Of a stretch of DNA of 30,110 bases, positions 1-9,983 are shown one piece after another. A model generated the notes under the pieces. It was given only the letters and a program-made list of their open reading frames with translations, was not told the DNA's origin and did not search any database. Source of the stretch: Catajapyx aquilonaris. Lineage: Eukaryota. A program made the translations under genes and the position numbers. The stretch's first letter is position 1. Every line of letters begins with the position of its first letter. The stretch covers positions 124,001 to 154,110 of the forward strand of contig KZ538025.1 of the NCBI GenBank assembly GCA_000934665.2, written 5' to 3'.

Positions 1-2790
1 ACGGTGGGTACGAATTGGAAATGCATATATCTTCGAGTTATTACTAGTTGTCAGACCTTTGGGGAGGTATGAAAAATTGCTTCTTATTCTCTCTCAAGAG
101 GAAATGCGTATATATCAATCATGTGGACTGTTGGGGATAGGTCATAATTAATTGCACGTTTTGAGACTTTTCCGGATTTGGAATGGATGATTTATTATGG
201 GAAGTATATGCTTCTCACACGACGTAATGTGTTTTTAACAATTTAAATCGGTGGTGATTCCAAGCATATTTCCAGGATGATGCTTCACAATATAGGTTTT
301 ACAGGTTTAACTTGTAACGAAATATAGCGATCTTAATTACCATGATATGCACTTGTGTACGAAGCTTTATTGCAAGGTGATGTCAAATACAACAATGTCA
401 CAGTCTTCCTGACTTGCAGCAGGTATACAATATCAAATCTCATATGTTGTGACCGAGTCTGCAAAACCACACGTAGGTTGATGCTATTATTATACTGTAT
501 TTAGTAAATGAATACCCGGATAATAATATGACTCACTATTATTATCTCTCCTTCTCCACCACTAAAATGAAATTGTGGGCATTCAAACACAATAATTAGA
601 GAAGTTCTTTTTATCCAACCTACACACCAGACTCGAAGATGTAACTACCCGACCTTTTCCCAGCAATAATGGAACTGCGAAGCGCCTGTGACTTCATTTC
701 CCACGCTTATATTTCGTCTGAGACTTCTCGAATAGTATATTTTTGGGAGGCCTGACGGAGGGAAACGAAAGCAGTCATTTTCGTCACACGCAATAGGAAC
801 CAAAAGGTTACCCACAATACGACTTCTCCTTCCGATTTCCCTTCTAACCTACCGTGTATACTGATTCCGTTTAATTCAAAACTCTTACTCTCAAAATACA
901 TTTATTACAGTGTATCTCTTATAATGAAATGACCGCTTTGGCGTTACGTTGCGTTTCAGAAGAGCAACCGTTGGTGATTGCGTTTGCGTCGCCAACTGCA
1001 ATTTCCGTGGTATAGGTTAGTTATTAGGGTGGGGCATTTCAAGGAGGGGGACCTAGAAAGATTAAAAAAAAAACACCGTTCTACTTTCAAAAAACCTAAA
1101 TGTTGCGTTTGCCTCTTTCACCCTCCTACCCTATCCTCCTCCCAAAGAAGTGGCACTGATTCCGCTTGATAAAAGTAATAATTACATCATGAGTTACTCT
1201 AAACCAATTACGTCCTCACTTTTCCTCCCCTGCATGGCTCTGATACTTTTTTCCTCCATCCCGCCTTTTTGGTACACGAAACATGAGAAACTAAGAATAT
1301 CCGGTAGGACATGAGATATTACAAGCCTGAACTAATAGATACCGTGGTAACATGTAATTAGTATTGAAAATATGAATAATAAATTAAAATTTTGTCCGAT
1401 TCAGATTTACGTCATTTTTACAAACAAGTGACAATAACAATGCTGTAATGAGAAACAAATATTATTTTATGGAAATATTGCGCGTCAATTGGTCCATGTG
1501 TCTAGAAATGATTCAATTCATATGCGACTACTGGGCACATATGCTATATGGTAAGACCAGAAATCTCGAGTTACAGGGTCCAATCAAAATACATTTCCCT
1601 GTTTTGACGCCCATAAAAACTTTCTGCAGCTGCAGAAGAAGGGAAACGAAGGAGAACGAGAACTAATTAGCGCTTGGAAGCCGATCCTCCTCAGCTTCTC
1701 CTCTTACAAGAAACACAAGAGGCGTCTTTTGGACCTCTTCCGGGCTAATCCCAGTAAGTCGGCTGCCATTCCTAACGAGCCGAAGGATGGCCACTATTTC
1801 AAGGGAAACAGTTTTGGTGGGGGAGACCACATCTAACTTACCATGCCGACCTGTCAGCTAAAGGAACACTGCTGGAACACATTCGACCCCGGAACGTGTC
1901 GGCCCCTAACAACATTGGCCATATGCCTACCGCACTTCTGGTCAAAAATTCCTATGATTACTTTTAAAAAGTGTGCGAGCAATAAACAAGGGAAGAGATT
2001 CCTGGCTAGACCATTTTTATGGGAAGATTCCCATAGAGCTCCCCATCTAGAGACCACGGGACGATTGATAATGGCTGATAATTATTGGTTTGATTGGATG
2101 AGGATTCCCTCCATGTCGAGGAACGCTATGGTTTTCTAGACAGAAAATTATATAGGAGTGCTCGCATTGGGCCTTAGGGCTTGCGGGATTTTTTTTCTTC
2201 CTTTCCTTTCCCCCCCACCCTTGCTATTTGGTAAACGCCCACAGTATACACTGAGTAGGTGTTTTCAAAGCTCATGTCAGATTGCTCGAACTTATGACTT
2301 TCTTTGAGAACTTCCGAATTAGCTGAATTGCCGCGAATATTGCGTAAATGTGGAGCAAAATTAGATTTTATCTGAACATTTCATATTTTTGTGCCACTTT
2401 AGTAGATTTCCACCATTCGCGTGTGACCATGAACGTAGCATGATAGTAGGGTCATGGGTCACTGATGTTAGAGTCATCTCATGTGATAAACATCGCCAAG
2501 TTTGTGTCGGGTCAACTTGAAGAACGATGGAAGTTTTGACACTGTGATGAGACAGGGGCCAAGGGAAAATGTATGGTTCCGTTCGACAAGGAGCCTAACG
2601 TAAGAAAGCCTCCCATCCTGCACTGTTGGAGCCTGTAATTAGCGGGGAAAAACGGGCGGGAAACCTACCTGCCGATTTCACTCAAGCTGCTATGGATTCC
2701 TTTTCTGGGAATTTTTTGGGAAATATGTTAGCAAAAGAATTTTGTTCACACCGCTTAATTTTATTTTCTCAAAACTGCAATTTTGTAGTT

Positions 2791-5498
2791 CTAATCAGAA
2801 GAATCTGATTCGGATAGTTCGACAGGGTTCGCCTCCTCTTCATCATCAAGAGGAAATGCGATTTCGGCCAGTAAGTCGATTCTTTTGTCAATCAGAGAAT
2901 TGATGTTGTGAAGTAGATGCCTGCAAAGAGGTTCGCCAACGTCCCTGCAACCGCCGATTTGGGACATCACAAGAAGCGTCCAGGATGACATGGGCCAGAT
3001 TGGTGCTGTGGTACCATTCAGGAAGGCTCTTCCGTTGGTGTTCCACTCACCTCCGACAATGGTGACAAAGCCGGCCACTTCGTCCATCACGGTCCTCGGG
3101 GTACTGAGGCGCCCTCGGCATACAGGGCAGTGCTGCTGCACCAGCATGGCATTCTGGAGGCAGTCTTCGTGGAAGAAGTGGTGGCACGGAGTCATCTTAG
3201 CCTCGATCATATCATCCTGGCAGATTGCACACACGTCGTTGTGTGCGGCCAAATCTCCCGCAGACGCGTTGGGGAACATGTCATGGACTCGACGTTGCAT
3301 CTGAAACAAGCATCTGGATATAGTATTTGTCACCAATAGGCTACAAGTGGAGATACCTCGCGTTTGCTACGAAGGTTGATGGCTGTAGCGGTGGCATCGA
3401 TGTCGTTGCATAGCATCAGCCCATATGCAAATATGTGTGCGGATGTTTCCACCCATGGTAGGACAAAGAAGCCCCATCCGACCAGAGCTCCAGCGGACAG
3501 CAAACCCTTCAGCATTACCTTGGCCGTGATCATGTTGATGGCTTTTGTTCTGGCCCATTCCGGTGAGAGCAGTGCTAGTAGCATTGCCACCCAGGAAATT
3601 CTGGACAGGACTAGGCTGCCATGTTCGTACCCTGCGAGCCAAGGGATGATGCTGAGGACCAGAGCACCTCCGTATACCCAACTGGGGCAATTGGGTTCTG
3701 TTCGGTTCATCAAAATCAGGTCACTGCGCCACGTCAGTTCGCGGAGAACCACGTGCATAGCGCTGTGTAGTAATGCGATTGCGATGACCCGTTTCCCCAG
3801 TAGGGGCATGGCCATCATGCCGGTTGACACCACAGAGGCCACAAACTGAGAAGGAATATCCATAAACCAACACTGATGGCTGTCATATACATATCGGAAC
3901 TCACTTGGATAGCCAGAGCATCGCCAATACTAGTGGTTCTTCCTGATGGTAATATTGCTTCGAGACTATTGTACAGCAATTGGCTGGCGATAGCAAGGAA
4001 GGAAGCTGTTCCCAAGAGAGAGATGTAGCCGTCAGTAGCCGCGTCTGTCAATGATTGGAAGCTGAACTCTGGCTGATGCAAGGCCTCGTTCAGAACCATT
4101 GCCATCTTTCCTGTCCAGATGATGCGGACCAGTGGCATAAACCAGAAGGATAGTAATATATTGCCGGCCAGAAACACAATCGGGGACAGCACCAGTAGTG
4201 GAAACATCACCGCACTGACCCACCATTCCGCAAGAAGTGCCCATGCTGAAAGTCAGTATACGCTATTCTAAAGTTTGGTTCACACAGGAGTCATTGTTTT
4301 TGACTCCCGTGTGAACTACCTCACCTAGGAAAACTGTGTGTGCGAATGTTAACCCTCGACGTTGAACATGCTTGGCCGTCTCAAACACGTACATTCCGGT
4401 TCGAATAAGTCGGCGTCCAATCACTTGCCACACTATCCCTATGAAAGGCATCACAAGTGCCAATCTAGGTGTGGTGTCCAGGATGTGCTGCTCAATACCC
4501 ATCTTGGACAAAACCGTAGGTATGAAGAAGGTGGATACCAGCATAAGCTTTTGGGGGAGTTCTTTCGGGCCTTCCAGGGCGGTGAAGATGAAAGAGAGCC
4601 CCAACTGCAAATTGCCAATGTGAAATTATGCACACTTTGAGAGATGACATTAAGGTCCTACCTGATAGAGTGCGTTGTACATTAGTGGCCCATTTCCTTT
4701 AGGCATGAATAGCTGAATGGTGGGTGCTTTCATAGCCATGGCGCTCTTGCTGAGTAAGCTGCTGGTGGACGCACCAACTGACAGAGATTCGAGCATGTGG
4801 ACATTGTTGCAGAACGAGCATGACAGAGCCACTGAGGCTAAAATGTGTCTCAAGATTTCTCTCACTATTTTTCGCACTTGGTGTAGTGCCCTGACGCCTA
4901 CTCTAGTCCTCCTTATGCCTTTCCTTATCAAGAACGTGACAGCGATTATACCGATTGCAGGAACTGAAAAAGACAATGGGAGTCAGGTATTGTAGCTTAC
5001 TAATTGTGGCTAGAAACTCACGGATGTAATAATTCCAGTCTTGCGAGATGACATTGACGTAGTGGTAAATTGTTCGAAAGATTGCTCCACTGCAGGCTAA
5101 CATATTATCCAGTTGGTCATTTGTTTGGCACATTGGTCTGTAGACTTGAGGAATTTCTTGAAACATATGTGAGAATTTAGGAATTGTAGCTTCGCAAATA
5201 CATCGGGCTGTCCTCTCTTTTTGGCTACTTTCCGAGTCGTCCAGGAAGGACACGCCATCCCAATACCAGCTGATGTCCATACTCTGAATTGCATTTTAGC
5301 AATGCATAAGCATACCAGAGTGGTGCAAACGCCAAATTATGTTATTAGTTAAAAATGTAAGGTACAGGATAATAATGAGAAGATTACCGTCAGGACTCTT
5401 TTCCACGGGTCGTGTGGCAGGCCGGACAGAAGCTTGATGGCCTGGATGACCATGACGCAGAGAAGAGTCGCTTGGAGCCACAGCTCTATCATGGCCAT
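2791..5498 (-). CDS. Multi-pass membrane RING-H2 protein, divergent TRC8/RNF139/RNF145-like E3 ligase family, paralog A (~764 aa, 7 exons)
   Basis: Hand-spliced exons 5498-5388, 5283-5022, 4963-4662, 4604-4325, 4245-3905, 3845-3357, 3300-2791 (2295 nt, all GT-AG, open frame). Many hydrophobic segments. RING-H2 CAIC-x11-CHHFFHEDC-x10-CPVC at 3118-3231, preceded by FPNASAGDLAAHNDV, which resembles the segment leading into the TRC8/RNF145 RING (ATxEQL..xNDxCAIC). AATAAA at 2760-2765. Confidence 0.85.
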
Positions 5499-5873
5499 TT
5501 TTGTATTTTATAATTTTTCTACACTAATGATTTTGGAATTAAGCGGTGGGTGATGACGAATAATTTTGAATTGCGACCAAATGAGCCTCTAAATAACAAC
5601 GTGCAACCATGGATTTCCAACAATGCCACATACCACATCTGAATCATTGTTGTTTTACTATGAACATTGAACAAAACCGGTCGAATAAAATGGCCGAACA
5701 GCAGGGACATTATTGGACTTGATGAGTGTGCTTCTTCAAAAAGCAAAAACCGAATTAGTTGTCAAGTTTTTGAGCGAGTTGTAGTATCTGGTTCTAGCCT
5801 AGGTTCTAGTAGGGAGGGACCATCTGCCGGGGGGCAAACTAATTTGGTGGGTTATAAATGAGCGCCAGAGCGG

Positions 5874-5889
5874 TGGCGCCATCTGGTAG
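5874..5889. promoter_or_regulatory. CTCF-like motif between paralogs B and A
   Basis: TGGCGCCATCTGGTAG; the reverse complement CTACCAGATGGCGC differs at one position from the CTCF core CCACCAGATGGCGC. A weaker similar word, GACCATCTGCCGG, is at 5818-5830. Motif match only. Confidence 0.4.
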
Positions 5890-5925
5890 TTGGGGCGATG
5901 CACCACGTGAACCTGTGCTCAGAAG

Positions 5926-6090
5926 TAGGGCTGTGCGATATTTCGATACATCGACCGTGCATCGACTGTCGATACGATATTTTCCTAATATCGAAGTTGC
6001 GACTGATTATATCTGACGCTTGGCATGTTCGATGTATCGAATATCGCGATTTTTCGATGTCGGTTTTCGATATTTTTTGATGTCGGCTCG
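5926..6090. mobile_element. Truncated hAT-like MITE end
   Basis: Starts TAGGGCTGTGCGATA, a typical hAT TAGGG(A/C)TG terminus, followed by dense ATCGA/TCGAT subterminal repeats. I did not find a matching opposite terminus. Confidence 0.5.
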
Positions 6091-6399
6091 TTTATTTAAA
6101 TGGTAATCCTAAGTTTTTATATTCTGACAATTTTCTCAAAATGAGCTTGCTGTGTTTTTGACTGTACCAGCCTGTCTGAAAAATTACACATTTAGATTTC
6201 TTCCAAGAATCATCCTTTCAATCAATGAGATACGTTTGTGTAAATGTACTTTTTTCAGCATTGAAAGCGGTATGTGTAATTCTAATATAAGAAAATTTGA
6301 GTAGTAGGCTACTGGTATACCTTTTTTACCTATTGTTATTAGGAAACACCTGCACCAAAAGTTATAGGTTTCATCAAAACCAATAATGTGGATGGAATT

Positions 6400-6407
6400 T
6401 TTATTCA
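6400..6407 (-). terminator. Poly(A) signal overlapping the paralog B stop codon
   Basis: Minus strand reads GAG TGA ATAAA, so AATAAA shares its first A with the TGA stop. Confidence 0.5.
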
Positions 6408-9400
6408 CTCATCACCAGTCAGTGCATCATAAGTATCACCAGTGAGTGCATCATAAGTATCACCATTGAGTGCATCATAAGTATCACCATCGAGTGCATC
6501 ATAAGTATCACCAGTGAGTGCATCATAAGTATCACCAGTGAGTGCATCATAAGTATCACCATTGAGTGCATCATAAGTACATTCAGAGTGTAGCATTTCT
6601 GAAGTAAGGTTGGATGCATTATAGTCTGCACTATGTTCCCCACTGCCACCTTCATCCTGGTTTTCATGCACCTCGTCATTGAATTCATTGCATTCAACCA
6701 ACTTGTCAGGAAAGAAGACCATGTTCATCATGTGGATCCTCTTGTCCACAATGGCAGTTATCTCCTTAAGCATGGTCAAATTGGGAGGATCACCAACGTT
6801 TCCACATCTTCCAGCATGTCTCAGGAGTATCACAGACCAGGCTGACATTGCCCATACTGGAGTAATCACATGTCTCAAGAACTTTGTTCCATTAGGATGC
6901 CATTCTCCACCAACATGTGTCCACACATTCAATGCCCCACTGTACAGTTGCTTCTGATGAGTTGGGTGCAATGGCTGGTGACAGATGGGGCACTTGTAAT
7001 GCTGCATCAAGACAATCGTAAGGCATTCTTGATGAAAGATATGCTGACATGGTGCCACTTTTACACCTACAATGGCCAGTCTATGGCAGTGAGAGCATGA
7101 TAGGTTGCTGGTGGAGAGTTGAAGATTAGTGACATCAGGATATTGACTTGCACGTTGTTTTGCCTGTAGAAATAACACAAATAAGGTTTATAGTGCACAT
7201 TAATGGTAGTTCATACTCATTTATGGGTCAGTATTTTGAATTAGTATGGTTGCGTTGCCTGGAAAAACTACAATAGACATACCTTTCCATTGAGGTAAGT
7301 GTAAATGCAAATTGAAAGGGCATCAATATCAAAGCAGAGCAGGAGTATAGATGTGAAGAAATCCATTGCTGAATTTGGCAAGTCAAGTGCATAGGATATG
7401 ATGCAATTTGCACTTAGCAGGACTCGAAACATTCCACCCACAATGATGAAGGTGGGTGTCTTGGCCTTATCACGTGACATAGCAAGTGCCACGGTTGCCA
7501 TAGTTATCCAGGACACCACCTTCGCAGACATGCTGAAACTGTTCATGTCTTGTCCCATAAAGATGTTGGCAAGAGCAAGTATCTTTCGGAGGATACCCAA
7601 TTCCACATGGAGTAGGGATGACATGTCAATTCTCCATTCCAAATCATGCCAGAAGAGAGACAGGGAGCCTCTTATGATGGCACTTGTAACCATACGTCTC
7701 TTGGATAGGGGAAGGCTTGTTATATTGGTGCATATGGAGAGAGCTAGCATCTGTAAGAAGTGAAAGTTTGTAACTGCTATACAAGATTGTGGGTCCTTTT
7801 AGTTATAGAGTGTTATAGATCAATGCTGCTATTTTATGTAGCTTGTTGTGCCCTGATCCAGGTGCCCTATTCTACTGAAACTGCTATATTCAGCCACCTG
7901 GGAGTAATGGGGCACATGGATCGGGGCACAACAATCTACACAAAAATAACTGCTTTGGGGAATATCAGTTATAACTAAAACGAACCATGAACTTGGAACA
8001 CCCTGTATGTTTTATACACTAGGATAGTCTAAAAGGCCAGTAATGTCTTTGAAATAGCTGACATTAGTGTGGTATATATACCTTCTGAACTCTGTATGGT
8101 AACTATATGTTGTCAAAATGTGAGCTCCTCCATAGATAAGAACTGTAGCTTACCTGGATAGCTATTGCAGTGCCTGGTAGTGGGCCCAATGGGAAAGTAA
8201 TAGCTATTACATATTTCCATATGGTAAATAATGCTTTGTAGATGAAACATGCTGTAGCCCAGAGAGTAATGTAGCTTGCTGTAATTTGGTCACCCAGCAG
8301 CATCCAGCTGAATCCATCTTTCCAAATTGTATGCTGGCTGAGAGCTAACATCATCTTGTACAAGAAGAGAGTGCACCCAAAGAAGTTCGCCATTGAGGAA
8401 AGGAGCATGTTTGCAACAGGACTGATCAGCAGTAGTGAGAGTAGAGTTGGAGACAGTATGACACTTATCATCAACTCTCCGGCAATGCAGCATACTGGAA
8501 GTAGATGAAATGCTAGGAATGTTTTACTGATCCTGTGCTACAAATTAGAGGATGCATACACAAGACTGTGGCTTGGATCAAGTGAATCCCATGATGCTGC
8601 ATGTGTCTGATGACACACCATAAGTAGGTACAAAGGCGGAAGAGGCGACGTGCCACTAAATGCCAGAGAAGCCATGTGAAGGGTATCCCCATAACTACTC
8701 TAGGGACTGCTAAAATGAATCCAGGCTGGAAATTGAGTGGGTACAGCAAGAGTGGACCTAGAAATGCAAATCCAAGAATGATCTTGTATTTCATCCTTCT
8801 CGGACCCACCATCCGTGTGAAAATGGACCAAAGTACAATCTGGAGGAATTAAACAATAAGTGTCATTTTGATAAGAACTACATTATTTTTTACCTGGTAC
8901 AGGAATTTGGTGGTAATTGAAGTCTCCAGAAGCAAGGGAATGGATTTATATTGGCAGGATTCCAACAACGTGTTTTTTTCAAGCATTGTGTAGTGATTAC
9001 TGCAGAAAGATGCTGCCATAGTAATTGATGCCACTGTGTATCGTATAATCTCTTCTGCCAGTGCTTTAGCAACATCCAGAAAATTATCCATGCTTTCATC
9101 ATTCCTTAAGTTGCCTTTAATTATTGCCAGCAAAATCAATGGTAAAGCCAGACCCACTGGAACGAATTTCTGCCATTAATTTACGAGTGGTCTAAGGTTA
9201 GCTTACACTGAATATAAATCTAGTAATGTCAATTTAACTAATTAAATTTACAAATAGATACATACCAATGTATAGGTGCCAGTGAGTATACAGCAAGGAG
9301 GCAGCATCCCAAGTAATCCGAAAGACCATCCCAGATGCTGTCATAAGATTGTGTAGGGAATCATTTCTGAGGCACATGGGTGAATATTGACCGGGCATGT

Positions 9401-9695
9401 GATCAAAAAATGTATATGTCATGGGCAAAGGAGCTTCACATATGCATTGAGCTATTATTTCATTTTCACTTGTTTTTTTCTTGGGCATAAAATTTCTCTT
9501 GTCCCAAGTAGAATCCAAGCTCTGAAAATAATCTAGTTAGTTTGAAAAACTCTTATGAAACTTTCTATCATGTGTGGTACTGACCATGAAACTCCTTTTC
9601 CACAATTCTTCATAGACCGTGAGTGTTATTATGATTGTCTGCTGAATTGTAATGCATAAAATGAAGAAGGTGAGCCACTTTTCAGTCAGAGACAT
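6405..9695 (-). CDS. Multi-pass membrane RING-H2 protein, paralog B (~825 aa, 7 exons), with C-terminal TYDALxGD repeats
   Basis: Exons 9695-9585, 9521-9266, 9156-8894, 8839-8560, 8494-8154, 7750-7283, 7163-6405 (2478 nt, in frame). Exons 1, 4 and 5 (111, 280, 341 nt) are the same length as in A. RING CSHC-x12-CQHIFHQEC-x10-CPIC at 6981-7097. Confidence 0.85.
6411..6578 (-). repeat. Coding 24-bp tandem repeat, 7 units, encoding TYDAL(N/T/D)GD
   Basis: Plus-strand unit ATCACCA(G/T)(T/C)(G/C)AGTGCATCATAAGT x7, located one codon before the stop codon of paralog B. Confidence 0.97.
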
Positions 9696-9983
9696 TCTGT
9701 ATAAATATATGTGCACTAAAACTCTCAATTTCAAGTAAATTTTAGTACAACTGCTTGTTGCTCAGTAACGACAAGGATGGTGTGAAACAACAATAGGAAT
9801 TTGCACATTGTCCAGGTGGGATATCTTTATTGCAACTTTAGAGCATTCAGTTGTTTTTTTTGTCATCTTTTCTGAAGTCTCTGAGGCCTGACTGTTTCAC
9901 TACTATTTTGGTAAATCCAAATAGGCTGCATGTGAGAATGTAAAGGTGTAAATATGCTTCCAAAATTTAAATGTCCCTCTAGT

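Noticed and set aside
1..960. Possible gene start (ORF 707-901, MYFESKSF...) with several splice-like sites
   Set aside because: I could not assemble a continuous multi-exon reading frame on either strand, and there is no recognisable motif.
1620..2139. GC-richer stretch with short open frames (e.g. 1843-2139)
   Set aside because: Frames are interrupted by stops, with no recognisable domain or consistent splice model. It may be a decayed element or non-coding exon, but that cannot be supported from the sequence alone.
4964..5000. Alternative 37-nt intron 2 for paralog A using the GTAAGC donor at 5000
   Set aside because: It is unusually short. The GTGAGT donor at 5021 gives a 58-nt intron in the same phase and matches the position used by paralog B.
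6411..6578. Regular 24-bp repeat considered as a CRISPR-like array; also the alternative-frame ORF 6419-6697 (VILMMHS repeats)
   Set aside because: There are no spacers and the context is eukaryotic. It is a coding minisatellite in frame with paralog B, and the other-frame ORF is a by-product of the repeat.
7857..8007. ACACCCTGTA, a Tc1/mariner-MITE-like terminus, in the enlarged intron 5 of paralog B; also a TCGA-rich patch at about 24376-24430
   Set aside because: There is only one plausible terminus and no matching TIR, which is too little to call an element.
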